From contig OZ038378.1 in the NCBI GenBank assembly GCA_964036045.1, positions 59,830,001 to 59,894,000 on the forward strand: DNA of 64,000 nt, written 5' to 3'. This stretch comes from Eutreptiella sp. 'Long Island Sound 2002' (lineage: Eukaryota > Protista > Euglenida). A program made the translations under genes and the position numbers. Shown piece after piece: positions 45,320 to 63,196 of the stretch (its first letter is position 1; each line of letters begins with the position of its first letter). Below the pieces are notes generated by a model. The model was not told the DNA's origin. It was given only the letters and a program-made list of their open reading frames with translations, and searched no databases.

Positions 45320-46105
45320 TCTGACACCCCCCCGTGCCACCAGTAGCCCCAACCTTGAGACCTTTTGCTCTGCTATCGCGGCCTCCTTGCCTCCGGAAAG
45401 AGCACTGGACACCCCAAAAACCACCTAGCAATGCAAAGCAGTAAGGAGAAACTTGGCATACAAACCGCACGACAAATACCCGAAATTAACCCTAGAGACG
45501 TACTAAATTGGCCGAGTATGGCCCGGAACCCGCCAAATTGCGTGCACACCCCTTTGTGCCAGCGGTGGCCCCGACCGTGAGACCTTTTGCCCCCCTATGG
45601 ACGCTCCCTTGCTTCCACAAAGAGCACTACACACCCCACAACACACCCACAAGCCTAGAGCGGTAAGGAGAAACCTTTGATACAAACCGCAAGACGAATA
45701 CCGCATATCACACCCTAAATATGCCCCCAAATTTGACGAATACGGCCCAAACCCGCTCAACTTGCCCCTTACACCCCTCCGTGGCCCTAGTAGCGGTCAC
45801 CTTGACTCCTTTCTGCGCTTCCTCCCTCCCTCGCTCTGTGCCCCCGGTGGCCCCCACCTTGAGACCATTGCCCTTCTATTGGCGCCCCCTTGCCTCAACA
45901 AAGAGCACTAGACACCCCAGCAACCACCCGGCGGCCCAAAATAGTAACGAGAAACGTGGGATACAAACCGCATAATAAATACCCCCAAATCAACCCTAGA
46001 AACGCCGCCAAATTGGCCTAGCACGGCCCGGAACCCCCCCCCCCCCCACCACCACCCACCTTGCCCTTGACACCCCTCCGTGCCACCATGTGACCTTTTG
46101 CCCTG
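45320..46105 (+). repeat. ~210-bp satellite, plus orientation
   Basis: Units read cttgcccttgacacccctccgtgccccc...ccttgagaccttttgcc...cccttgcctccacaaagagcactagacacccc. Confidence 0.9.
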
Positions 46106-50041
<3,936 letters not shown>

Positions 50042-50044
<3 letters not shown>

Positions 50045-51250
50045 TCCAATCTACACCCCTCTCCCAACTCTAGGTGGCTCCACCACACGGCTCTAAGGTA
50101 CGTGCGAAGGGCACAAAGTGGTGCATACATGTGGTGGAAGGGGCTAAACTCGGTCAAAACGGGCTCAAAATGAGCTAAAAACACTTGTTTGAGCATCCCA
50201 AATGGTCCGAGATCACTTTTGGAAAAACGCGTTTTGACCCATTTTTGACCCATTTATGGTCCCAAAACGGCCCATTTTCAAGGCATTTTGGGATTTTCCA
50301 TGAGCCAAAACACGTCACCACGGGCTCAAAATGGGCTAAAACCACTTGTTTGAGCATCATAAATGGTCCAGGATCACTTTTGGAAAAATGCATTTTTGAC
50401 CCATTTTTGACCCATCTTTGGTCCCAAAATGGCCCATTTTCAAGGCATTTTGGGATTTTCCATGGCTCAAAACGCGCCACCACGGGCTCAAAACGGCCTG
50501 AAAGCTTGTTTGAGCATCCCAAGCGGTCTAGGAACAACTTTGGAAAAAATCATTTTTTTCGCCCTGGGGACCCTGGTGGACCCACCGTTGGCCATCACTG
50601 TGCGTGGGCTGGCCGGCCCTCCGGCTGCACCAAGTGACCGCTGGTACGGGGGTCTACGTGTCTCGTTGGGCGAGTCCGAGGCTTGGAAACCATAAAAAGT
50701 GGGGGATTGCGGGTGGAATAGGTGCCCTCGGAATTAGTTTTTGAGCCACGTAGCCCAAGATACGGCCCGTTCTTGGTTTCGGGGTGCTGGGGCACATTGC
50801 GCAGTTTTTGGGGCTTTTTGGCGCCTTTTTGGGCCATTTCTCGGACATATCGTGGAGTTAGAGGGCGCCGAAGGTCCCTTGGTCACGAGAAAGTCAAGTT
50901 GCAAGTGGAGTGTAGCGGCCGTTTGCCTTCGTTTGGCTGTTTTGAACCCTTACTAGGGCTGTTTTGGGCGAAAAATGGCTGTTTTTGGCCCAAAATTGCG
51001 CAGATTTCGGAGGGCACCTCCCGACTTGGCGCCACCGCCCCGGGCCGCCACCGGTGAGTTTTTGGCTCAAAACTTGGATTTGGCAAGGCCACCACCTAGG
51101 CTCTAGGATGGCTAAAGTAGAGTCAAGCCCGGGGCGTTGGGAAGGTGCAGTGGCCAAAACGGAATGGTGACGTGCTTGTTGTTGTTGTTGTTGCTTGTTG
51201 TTGCTCGTTGTTGCTTGTTAGCTAAATTTAAGGGGAGAGGGGTGTAGTAA
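50042..51250 (-). mobile_element. ~1.21-kb element in (TA)n, copy 4
   Basis: Near-identical to copies 2-3, with a longer (GTT)n-like tract near its end. Confidence 0.85.
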
Positions 51251-51260
51251 TATATATGTA

Positions 51261-51721
51261 ACCCCCCCCCCCCAAATAACATACCCCGGAGTACGGTATT
51301 TGCCTGGCGCTCAATAGGGCCAGGGGGGTACAATATTTGGGGGGGTACACTATTTGGGTGTTTCGCTGTCCCCCTCACCTTCACCCCCCTTTGCCTTCTC
51401 CAAGTTTGACCCCGATGAGGGTTTTGCGGATGTGTGTGTCACAGGGGCTGATGGAGCTGGAGCAGCACCTTCTCCTGCTGTGTCCCACGCTTCCAGCAGT
51501 TTCTCCAATGTAAAGATGCAAACCACAATCACCACTTTCTTCAAGTGAGCTACTGTGCAATGGTGTTGAGACGGTATCCTGAAACTGTTTGTGTTTCGTT
51601 TGCTTGTATGTGATGAGAAGGGGGTACAATATTTGGCAAAACGCCTATTGAGCCAAGGGGGGTACACTATTTGGGGGGGTACACTATTTGGGGGGGGGTA
51701 CGCTATTTGGGGGGTGGGGTT
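51261..51721 (+). mobile_element. ~460-bp pogo/Tc1-mariner-like MITE retaining a C-terminal PIP-box coding fragment
   Basis: ~27-bp TIR: aacccccccccccaaataacatacccc versus the inverse of ggggtacgctatttggggggtggggtt. TA lies at or near both ends. The internal frame ends MQTTITTFFK* (51516-51548). Confidence 0.55.
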
Positions 51722-51722
51722 T

Positions 51723-54700
51723 AAGACACCTAAAATATTCCAAAATTGCCCAGTATGGCCCGGAACCTGCCAGCTTGCCCTTGACGCCTCTTCGTCCCCC
51801 CAGTAGCCCCGACCTTCAGCCCTTGTCTTTTCCTATTGGTGCCCCCTTGCCTCGACAAAGAGCACTAGGCACCCCAAAAACCACCTACCAACCCAAAGCA
51901 GGAAGGAGAAACGTCGGGTAGGAACCGCAAGATAAATACCCCAAACTAACCCTAGAAACGTACTAAATTGGCCGAGTACGGGCCGGAACAACCCCACCTT
52001 GCCTTCACACCCCACCGTGCCAGCGGTAACGCTCACCTTGGGACCCTTTGTCCTTCTAATGACAAATGAATATAAAAACAGGAAATACAAGGAGCATAAA
52101 CACACAAAGGAAAGCAAAATGAACAAATGTAGCGGCAGCACAAAAAAATAGGCTCCCTTGCCTCCACAAAGAGCACTAGACACCCCACAAACCACCTACC
52201 AACCCAAAGAAGGAAGGAGAAATGTCGGGTAGGAACCGCAGGATAAATACCCCAAACTAACCCTAGAAACGTACTAAATTGGCCGAGTATGGGCCGGAAC
52301 AAACCCGCCTTGCCTTCACACCCCTCCGTGCCAGCGGTAACACTCACCTTCGGACCCTTTGTATTTCTATGGACAAATGAATATAATAACAAGAAATACA
52401 AGGAGCATAAACACACAAAGGAAAGCAAAATGAACAAATGTAGCGTCACCACAAAAAAATAGGCTCCCTTGCCTCCACAAAGAGCAATGGACACCCCACC
52501 ACACGCCCGAAGCCTAGATCAGTGAGCAGAAACCTTTGATACAAAGCGCAAGACGAGTACCGCATATCACACCCTAAACATGCCGCAAAATGTGACGAAT
52601 ACAGCCCGCAACCGCTCAGCTTGCCCCTGACACCCCTGCGTGGCCCCGGTAGCGCTAACCTTGAGTCTTTTCTACACTCCCTGCCTCCCTCGCTCCGTGC
52701 CCCTGGTGGCCCCCACCTTCAGATCATTGCTCTCCTATTGGCGTCCCCTTGCCTCCACAAAGACCATACGACACCCCACAATCCGCCCAGTATCCCACAT
52801 TAGTAACGAGAAACGTGGGATACAAACTGGAATTAACTACCCAAATGCCAAAAGAAAACACCCTCATCACGGCCCCAAATCGTCTGAGTACGGCCCACAA
52901 CACGCCAACCTGCCCCTGACAACCCTCCGCGCCGCGGGTAGCCCCAACCTTCAAACCTTTTGCCCTCTTATTGGCGACCCCGGCTTGAACAACATACCCC
53001 ACAACCCGACGAGCAGCCCAGAGCAATAAGGAACAACCTTAGATACAAACCACAAGGAAAATACCCCCAAAACACCCTAAAAACCACCCAAAATTGGCCA
53101 AATACGGCTTGAACGCCCCCAACTTGCCCTGGACACCCCTCCGTGCCCCCCGTAGCCTGAACCTGTAGAACTTTTGCCCCCCTACCAGCGCCTTGCCTGC
53201 ACAAAGAGCACTACGCAGCAAAGAAACCACCCATTAGCCCACAATAGTAGGGAGAATCCAAGGATACGAACCGTAAGATACAATCATCAAAGAAGCACCC
53301 TAAAGGCACCCCCAAATAGGCTAGCTAAGGCCCGGAGCCCCTAACACCCCTCCGTGCCCCTAGCAGCCCCAAGCTTGAGACCTTTTGCCCTCCTATCAGC
53401 ACCCCTTGCCTCCACAAAGAGCACTAGACACGCCACAACCAGCCCAAGCAGCCCATAGTAGTAAGGAGAAACGAGGCATACAAACCGCAAGATAACTACC
53501 CAAAGAACACCCTCAAAACGCCCCGACCTTGGCCGGGCGCCCTTAGCCCCCGTCCATGCCCCCAATGGCCCCGAGCTTGGAACCTTTTGCCCTCTTATCG
53601 CCACACCCTTGCTTGCATAAAGAGCAGTAGACACCCCAGGTCCCGCCCACCAGGCCAGACATGTGAGGAGCAACCTCGAATAGTCACCGCAAGATAAATA
53701 CCTCTAAAAAGCACTGTAAAGACACCCCCAAATTCACCGAGTACGGCCCGGAGCCCCCAACTTGCTCTTGAATGCCCTCCGTGCCCCCATTAGCCCCAAC
53801 CTTCAGACCTTTTGCCCACCTATCAGCGCCCGCTTGCCTCCACAACACACCCCACAACCACCGAGTAGCCTAGAGCAATAAAGAGGAACCTGGGATACAA
53901 ACTGCATGATACATACCAAAAAAATCACCTTGAAATACTCCGAAATTAGCCGAGTACGCTCCGCAACCCCCCGATTTTGCCCTTGACAACCCTCCATGCC
54001 CCTAGTAGCCCCCACCTTGAGCCATTGTGGTCCTCCTATCATGCTCCCTTGCATCCACAAGGACCACTAAACACCCCAAAAAATGCCCTGTAGTCCACAA
54101 CAACAAGCAGACACCTAGGATACAAACCGCAAGATAAATACCCAAAAAAGCACCCTAAAGAAGCCGCGAAATTGGCTGAGTATGTCGTGCAGTCCCCAAG
54201 TTGCCCTTGACACCCCTCCGTGCCCCCGGCTGTCCCAACCTTCAGACCTTTTGCCCTCCTATCAGCGCCCCCTTGCATGCACAAAGAGCACTAGACCCCC
54301 CACAACCCCCCCAAAGCCCGGAGTAGTAAGGAGAAAGGTTCGATACAAACCGCAGCACCAATGCCGCATTTCACACCCTAAAAATGCCCCTAAATTGCAC
54401 GAATACGGCCCGGAACCCCTCAATTTGCCCTTGACATCCCCCCGTGCCCCAAGTAGCCCTGACCTTGAGGCCTCTGGGCACGGCCGTGCCTCCACAAAGA
54501 GCACATGGCACCCCACAACCCGCCCAGCAGCCCAGAGCAGCAAAGAGAAACTTTGGATACAACCAGCAAGATAATGACCCAAAAAATCACCCGAAAATGT
54601 CCCCCAATTGGCCAAATACGGCCCACAAACTAGCCACTTGTCCTTGACACCACTCCAGGCCCCCGCGGTGGCTGTGACCTTGAGACCTTTTGCCCTCCTG

Positions 54701-56625
54701 TCGGCGCCTCCATGCCTCCGCATAGAGCACTAGACACCCCACAACCCGCGCACCGTCCAAACCCCAGAAAGAGACACTGGAGATACAGAAAGCAAGATAA
54801 ATACCCCAAGAAATCACCCTAAAACTGGCTGCAAATTGGCCGAGTACGGCCCAAAAACCCTCAACTTGCCCATGACACCCCTCCGTGCTCTGCGCAGCCC
54901 CGACCTTCAGACCTTTTGCCCTACTATTGGCGCGCCCTTGCCTCCCCAAAGAGCACTCTACCATGAATGCTCCACAGTGTGAGTCTCCGACCTATCAGCT
55001 CTGGTTGGTGGTGTAGTGGACCACCATGGCTATCACGGGTAACGGGAAATCAGGGTTGGATTCCGGAGAGGGAGCCTAAGAAACGGCTACCAAAAAGCGC
55101 CCAGCTTCCGAGAGCAGTAAGGAGAAACCTAGGATACGAACGTCCGGATACAATCATCCAAAAAGCACCCTATCGACATCTCAAAAATTTGCTAGGTACG
55201 GGCCGGAGCCCCCAACTTGCCCTTGACACCCCTCAGTGCCCCCGGTAGCCCCAACCTTGAGACCTTTTGCCCCCCTACTCGCGCGCCCTTGTCTCCAGAA
55301 AGAGCACCAGACACCCCACAACCCGCCCAAAAGCCCAGAGTAAGAAGAAACGTAGGATACGACCGGCAAAACAAATGCCGCAGATCACACTCTAAAAATG
55401 CCCCTAAATTTGTCCAATACAGTCCGAAACCCCTCAACTTGCCCTCAAAACCCCTCCGTGCCCCCGGTCCCATGACCTTGAGACGTTTCGGCGCTCCCTT
55501 GCCTCCACAAAGAGCACAAGAAACCCAACAACCCGCAGAGCAACGCAGAGCAGCAGGGAAAAACCTGAGATACAAACCGCAAGACAATTACCCCAAAAAT
55601 TGCCCTACAAATGTCCCCCAATTGGCCGAATACGGCCAACGAACCCCACACTTGCCCTTCACACCCCTCTGTGCCCCCGCTAACCCTTACATTGAGACCT
55701 TTTGCCCTCCCATCAGCACCTCCTTGCCTCCAGATAGAGCACTAGACACCCCCAATCCCGCGCACCAGGTAGATCCAATAAGGAGAAACCTGAGATAAAA
55801 ACCGCGCGACAAAGAGCCCCCGCCCAAAAAAACAACCCTGTAAAAACGCCCCCACATTGACCGAATACGGCTCGAAACCCCCCAACTTGCCGTAGACACC
55901 CCTCTATGGCGCCCGTAACCCCCACCTTGATACCATTTACCCTACTATCGAAGCCCGATTACCTCCACAAACAGCACTAGACAACTCAAAAACCACCCAC
56001 CACGCAGAGCACTAAGGAGAAACCTACAACACGAACCGCAGGACAGGTACCTCAACAAAGCACCCTAAAGACACCCCAAATTCGCCGGGTACGGCTGGAA
56101 GCCCCGCAACTTTGCCTTCACACCCCTCCTTGCCCCTGGTGCCCCTGGCCTTGAGACCTTTTGCCCTTCTATCCACGGCCCCTTGCCTCCACACGGAGCA
56201 CCAGACACCCGACAACCTGCCCAGCATCCCATAGCAGTAAGGAGAGACCAGGTTTACCAACCGCAAGATAACCACCCCAAAAAACACCCTAAAAGCACCC
56301 GGAACTTGGCCGAGCGGCCTTGACAACCCTAGGTGCCCCTAGTGGCCCGCCCTTAGGACCTTTTGCTCTTCTATCGGCACCCCGTGGCCTCCACAAAGGG
56401 CACTAGACACCGCAAGTCCTGCCCACTAGTGCAGGGTAGTAAGGAGAAACCTAGGAAACGAACCGCAAGATAAATACCTCAAAAGAGCACCATGAAGACA
56501 CCCTGAATTTGCCGAGTAGGGCCTGTGGCTCCAACTTGCCCTTGAGACCCCGGTGTGCCCCCGAAAGACGGGACGGCCAAGTTCACAATCACCCAAAAAC
56601 CTTGCACACCCCGGAAAGAATACAA
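51723..56625 (+). repeat. ~210-bp satellite, plus orientation, ~22 diverged units, including a recent ~302-bp duplication (~51860-52480)
   Basis: The unit marker cccttgcctccacaaagagcactagacacccc recurs every ~205-225 bp. Two near-identical units carry an extra AT-rich insert. Confidence 0.92.
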
Positions 56626-57038
56626 AAAAATAAAAACATTTGTCTTTGGTGACAAACAAAGGGATATGTTCATCTCTTCATTTTATCCCTTGGCATGCTA
56701 GGCATTGAAATGCCAAAAACCATGGCACTATGGTGGACCCAACTTACCAGGTCGTCAACATGTTGCTTCATGTGGTGCCAAAGGACCTCATCGCCATTCA
56801 CAGCAAGTGTGGTCAATGTCAAGGGGTAAGGGAATGTTTAAAGCAAATGTACCTGCACAGTACGTCATGGACCACGTTATTTAGCTACTGACAAAGACCT
56901 TTTTTTATAGTAAATAGCCATAGCTAATTCCGCAAATGAGGATACACATGATGCATGGCATAGCTCTTTGTTTTAAATTCATATTCAAATTAAATCTAGT
57001 TACCGACTATAAAAATTAGGTGCCGTCGTTGTAGGCAC

Positions 57039-57395
57039 GTGCAACTACCGGTGGTGTGGTACCTAGCACCAACTGAGCATTGTCTTTCACTGCTAGCATC
57101 CAAACACTCGTTCATGTGTTGGTTTATGATCCCTTCGAGAGATGTTGTAATTGCGCCATGGGTATTATGCTCCACACCAATTCACCTCTGTTTATGCTAC
57201 GCGGTCGTTACTAAGCATGTGCAACTATCGGTGTTGTGGTACCTAACACCACCTGAGTATTGTGTTTTAGTGGTAACGTCCAAACACTCGTTCATGTGTT
57301 GGTTTGTTACCCCTTTGAGAGATGTTGTAGCTGCGCCATGGGTATTATGCTCCACACTGATTCACCTCTCTGTATGCTACACGGTTGGTACGAGA
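57039..57395 (+). repeat. 180-bp direct tandem duplication (2 copies)
   Basis: gtgcaactaccggtggtgtggtaccta occurs at 57039 and gtgcaactatcggtgttgtggtaccta at 57219. Confidence 0.9.
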
Positions 57396-58649
57396 GCTTG
57401 TACGACCATTGTGACCATGCTAAGGCCCATGAGGATGGCAATGCACTGGAAGAGTACGTGTTGGGAGAGTAGGGGGGGATGTTACCTTGCGGTTAGTTGG
57501 GATATATTGGTGCCGTGTATGACCGTACACAAGAAACATTTTTTCGGAGATTCGACGAAGGATTGGGCCGCCCGTGGATCCAAGGGGTGGTGGTGATGAT
57601 TTATAGCAATTTCCTTCAAGATCTTCCGTTGTATGCTTACATCACCAATAAGCTCAATTGCACAATCGTGGTCCACTACGGCTCACGATATCATGAACGG
57701 TGCAACCTGTGGCAGAAACAGAAGAACGCATTCAAGGAGAGATGGCCCGTAACTGTTGTGTGCCATAGGCGGACCGGTTTTGTAAGAGTCCCGAGAGCAT
57801 AAATCTGAATGGACCATGAGACATCTGTTGAATATGTACAACCGTAGATGCACTCACACGACTGTCGATAAGGCCATATTTTTGCAGGTGAGACTTCGGC
57901 GGAGAAACTCACGCCCCGTGTGAAAGAACTAATGTTGTGCATGCGAGAGAGCATCGCACAGTTCTTTGACACAAGGCGGCTCGAGTTTCGGAAGTTATCT
58001 TGCAATAATTGTTCCGCGAGGTCACTAGGCTCGGGAGTGTGAATGGCATTGATATACTACAATGCAAAGGGTTGCCGCAACCAAGTCCTTGGGTGTCCCC
58101 GGCAGATATCCAATGGACATCGAAGAAGCCCAAGCGGCGACCGTTGTGAATCCGGGTCTTTAAAAGAGAACAATGGTGACAAAATTCTGTTTCGTTCGTG
58201 CCCGGCTGCAATTTGGCATCATGGTGCGTGCCTGTTGATGGAGACACCACTACTTTTGCACACCAATACTGGTTACATTGCATTTTGGTTCCGTTGCGTA
58301 CCATCAAGGCGAGATGCGGTGACAGCATGCAAAAACAACTAGGGTTGTTGGCCTCATGTGGAGTTGTTTCATGATAGGCAATCCACATGCCGTGGAGGGA
58401 AAAAAAGTGTCTCATCTTGTATCATCATGTAAATATGATCTTAGTACTGCCATACTCAATAGGGAACCAGGTTCAAACAAAGACCACATGAAACAATAGG
58501 ATGCATCAAAGCACCGCAAAGTAAGTTGTAGAATCGCACTCATTGACATACATATACAAATACATATATAGTAAGTTGTAGAATCTCACTCATTGACATA
58601 CATGTACATATACATATTCATATACATATACATATACATATACAAAGCA

Positions 58650-60372
58650 AATCAAATATCCGAACGAATGTGACTTAGCAAGGATGTGACTGTCGACCGA
58701 GGTCACACTCTTCCGAAGACCTAGGCACGTGTTGCATCGACTCAGTACATGTGTTTCCCCTTGCCTTTGACACCCTGCTTACCCATGGATCCTCCTTTGC
58801 TTCCCTTAGACCCAGAATAGGCATAGTCGTATGACCCATATGTCGTGCTGGGAGCTGATGTCGATCTGTGCCGCCCAGAATCTGGCTGATACCTGTTCGC
58901 ACGTCCTGAGGAGAGACGGTTACCAACTCTGCATTCCAAGAACAGGTTTTAGCACAGGTGGGCGGACACCATGGGAGTGAGAATCATCAGAATTAACCCA
59001 TCCAAGTTACATACACGACTTCTCTGTCCGCACAGTAAAATGCCACAGCTGGAGCCCCGAATCCTCGCGAAGAGCCTCCCATGGCCATTGCACACCCAAG
59101 AGGCACCAATACACAACCCCCCCCCCCCCCCCGGTCGTCTCCTCATTGCCTCTCTAACGACAGAATGAAGGTTCCCCTGGCTTTCGCTGAGCCACACAGA
59201 GGGGACTTTAGCGTGCCAGGCCGTCATCTTAACTGTCCCCCTGCAGCTCACAAGAACATGCCCTACATATCCCGTCCCCCGAACAAATGAGAAGAGAACC
59301 CGGAGCAGGTTGGAGGGAGTGTGGCTGTCCAAATGTGCAGCTTGTGTCTGAAACCCCAGAAGCATACCATAGTTCATCCCTGCTGTCCACTGTGAATGAA
59401 ACAGAGGGCACAGAAGTCGGACATTATCTGTATTGTATCCACCGTGAACCATGGCATACGCGCTCTCTAGAATTTGATATATAAGGATGTGGGGTTGACT
59501 GACACCTAATTTAAGGAGAACCAGCGAAATACCCCTAATTGGGCCCAATCCTAGCCATATGGGCCACACTGGCTTTACTGATTTCGTTGAATCGGATATG
59601 GCAGCTCCCTTCGCAGGATGACACCAGACAATGTACAGACCCGGATGTTCCAAAAGCTCAACACCCCCCCATCGAAGAATGATACGGTTACGGGGAATGC
59701 CTGCAGCACACAAAATTTCGCAGATACGTCCAGACCAAGCAAGAACCCGTATTTTAGTAAACACGCATTCGTGAAATCTATGCTGTGTTACCGAGTGACA
59801 CCACATGGAGCACAGTGAGCATTCCACTTCTCTGTGTTGCCACTCCCATTGGTCTGCGGACGCATACACACTCCATGCTCTTATGCGTCCCTAATGCTCT
59901 ATCCCTAATGGCTGCAGCTGCACCCGGCACTTCAACCCAGAGACCGATTCGTGAAGCACCATGCGCCATGATCGTTCCGGAGGGATGGGTGAGCGGGAGG
60001 AAGAGACGATGAGGAGAGCATCATCAGTTTGACTAAGCAAATGACGCTTGAGGTCGACTATTAATGCGTCACCCTGGAAGGGAAGAATGGAATCTCTGTC
60101 TAGCCACACATCAAGAACTTAGACCTCCTGACGCTCACCGCGCGCACCACCTTTCGCTTCAGAGTCCATTTCTGAGTTGAATACATATACATATACATAT
60201 ACATATACACATACATATACATATACACATATACATATACAGAGCGCAGAGAACACAGCTCAGGGTCCAGGGTCCAGGGAACAGGGTCCAGGGAGAAGAA
60301 CAAAGCATTAGGATTGACGACCCAGTCGAACACGAGCGCAAAGAAAATGGATGGTACATATACATATACATG

Positions 60373-60442
<70 letters not shown>

Positions 60443-60457
60443 CATACATATACATAC

Positions 60458-60490
<33 letters not shown>

Positions 60491-61545
60491 CATACATATA
60501 CATATACATATTGGCATACGGATGGGAGACGTCCAACGCAGCAAGCAGCGCAATTCCCATTGTAAGAACGCCCAAGACAAATGTGTCAGCATCTTCTTGG
60601 GTCCTTCAATGTGAGGAACTACGCTCAAGATATGCCATATCCGTGTTTGAGGGTTGATGTCTTGTTTCGCCGGACGGTTGGCGCAACCTTTTTTTTCTGA
60701 AGATGTTTCATCAAAAGGTGTTCACAAAGGGGCATTCAATTGATTTTCAGAAAATCGGCAAGATGATTACTTTCGGCATTCATGATGCATCCATTCTCCG
60801 GAGTTAACATTTGAATTCTTTTCTACAACACACTTTGGCTAGATCCCGCCGAAAGGGTGTATCGCGATTAAATGGGAGTGTTATGTTCCTAGGTACAATA
60901 CCACTGCAAGAATATGGGGAAGTTGAGTAGTACATGGTGTTAGGTTCGTTTTTCAAAATGCATGTCAACGTGCATGGCGGAAAGGTATGGTTCAAATTAT
61001 CCTCACTTAACTTCCACAAAAATAAACAGGTAAGAAACCCGAGCATCCTCCGACTATCAATGTGAAAAATATGACAGAACCGTTGTTTCGCCGAATCCGG
61101 TCAAAAGAAACAACGAATCGGTATGTTTTTTTTTATGTCGTGCTACACTTGCTACCTTTTTTGTCATTCAACCGATACAGGGAAAAAGTATGGGTGCTTT
61201 GAACAAGAGTTTCCTACAAACAGATCCCGATTACTGGCTTTCGGAGTCCAATCATTTGTTTGGATGCTCCAAGGAAAAAAAGAATGATTTCATGAGAATA
61301 CCATTTTTGCCGTATCCGTTGACGCCACACCGTACAAATTGCTATAAATGGTTCTAATATCAGTTGGGACTTGTAACACATCGGGACCGTTTGGGGATAT
61401 GAAAGTATGAAGCCATCTCTAAAACACAAAAACACCGGGAGGCTACACCACGCAAAAAAGATGTTCAACCTACATAACAAGAGGCCCAAAGTATCATAAA
61501 AATGAACCGCACAGACTTGGAAAAGTCACCATACGGTGTTATAAA
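58650..61545 (-). pseudogene. Degenerate non-LTR (L1/Tx1-like) retrotransposon: RT remnant plus C-terminal CCHC knuckle, interrupted by (CATATA)n
   Basis: In transcription order: GDFSK (61516-61530), QLILEPF (~61350), YSHEIILFF at the YADD position (61275-61300), then CSLCSMWCHSVTQHRFHECVF (C-x2-C-x9-H-x4-C, ~59770-59830). Confidence 0.5.
60178..60510. repeat. (CATATA)n hexanucleotide arrays (60178-60240, 60355-60510) around a ~115-bp spacer; similar tract at 58548-58645
   Basis: Seen directly. Confidence 0.92.
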
Positions 61546-62773
61546 TGTAGGTACCATTTGTTTAATAGAAAAAAAAACCGGGGCAGCTCGCAGATGATGT
61601 GTGCATTCGGTCCATCACCGGCACGGATCATCGAGCAGCATTCGTGCAGCATGGGTTGTGAGAAACTGGGGTGCTGCCAAGGAAGGGTGGGCCACCCCCC
61701 CCCCCCCCGAAATGAGGTGTTGTTGCAAGGCTAAAATCGTGGACCACAATTATGGGGGGTGTTTATGGTGTCAAAATAAGTGTATAGGAACTATCACCAG
61801 CCCAAGAGGGGGGGGGGGGGGCAAGGGGATCAACTTTGTTTGGGCAGGAACCGCCCTAGGAACCCCTTCCTAGACCCCTCCTAGACCTTTCCTGAACCCC
61901 TACCTAGTAGGAACCCACCTTCCTAGACCCCCAGACCCCTCCTGCCCAAGCCCCCCCCCCCCTTCTACCAAGAACCCCCTATCCTATGACCCTTCCCGAG
62001 CATGTGCGGTGTCCCTAGCTGCACCATGACCGATTGTTTTGTTGCCGTTGTTTGGGTGAAAGCTGTCGAAGACCCCGCCAGCACATGTGGATGCTCTCTT
62101 CCCCACGGCGAGGCCTTCTTGGACAACGTCGCCTCCACCGCTACCGCCGTGACTTGGCCACCGGGCACCACCATTGGCCCGGTGCGCATCACCAAGTCCC
62201 TCCTCCACGCCTAGCACCAATGCGAACTATCCGACGTCATCGCGGCAACGGTGCGCCGCAACCCCACAATCACCGGCTTCCAACTGCGGCCCACTGCCAG
62301 GGACTATGGGTTCCTTGTTGAGTCCCTAGCCACGCGCATGCCCAACGACCGTGCCCGCATCCACAACCACTACATGGTCACCCATGCGGTGGATGCCAAG
62401 CCCCCCACCAACCTCCACTTCGCCTCCACCAAGCCCAACGCCGGCACCTTCACCAAGGAGGCTTTGCACAAGGACGCGGCGAAGAGGAAATTCTTCCTCC
62501 TCGACCCGCTAGGAAGGGGGGGTTCTCAGGGGGGCTCTTGGCCAAAACGGCATTTCCAAAAACGCCTTAAAATTGACGAACACCAATGTGGCGCCAACAT
62601 CCTCCAAAGTAGGCCCATGATAGGTGCGGTGTTTGCTTTCAAAGTTTTTGGGTGCCATCACAAGGTGTAAGAGTAGAAACACCCTAGGAAGGGGGGAGGT
62701 TCCTAGACCACCTCTCCTTGGCAGCACCCCACATTCCACAAACAACGTGCCACTAGCACGGTGACATCCTATT

Positions 62774-63196
62774 TCATGGTGCGGTCTCTGCAGCCACCAA
62801 TTCTGCTTCTTGTGGTATGCTCTTAGTACTAGGGCTACACTTGCTTGCACGAGATCGTGCGTTGGCTAGCATGGGGGCATAATCAGTAACCGGCTCAGGT
62901 GCTGCATGCCAATCGCCAAGAACGAATTTCTGTTTCACTAGATCAACTAAAACGGGCATACCTAACAAACATACATCTTTCAAAGACCAGTGGTGCTTGA
63001 AAACTAACTTTTGGTGTGAAATTGTATGCCCTCCATGAGCGACAACAAGATACACAGAACGAACAACAAACACCCCACACTTTGTGCAACGCTTGCATGA
63101 CATTATGCAATTATCACGGCGACGCATCCATGCCGGGTCTTTCCGACTCCTTTGATCAACCAATTCAGTGCTAATGGAACTCACCGTTCGAAACAC
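62774..63196 (-). pseudogene. ORF with a possible BED-finger-like start (transposase N-terminus remnant?)
   Basis: RKDPAWMRRRDNCIMSCKRCTK...VAH resembles the KDPAW...CxxC start of BED fingers. It reads inward from the 63752 TIR. Confidence 0.3.

Noticed and set aside
57420-58540. Helicase or CACTA transposase fragment
   Set aside because: Only vague resemblance (EGLGRPW, ISAGDTQGL), and no ordered motif set was found.
60100-60660. ORFs with [12 protein letters not shown] runs
   Set aside because: Translations of the (CATATA)n microsatellite.
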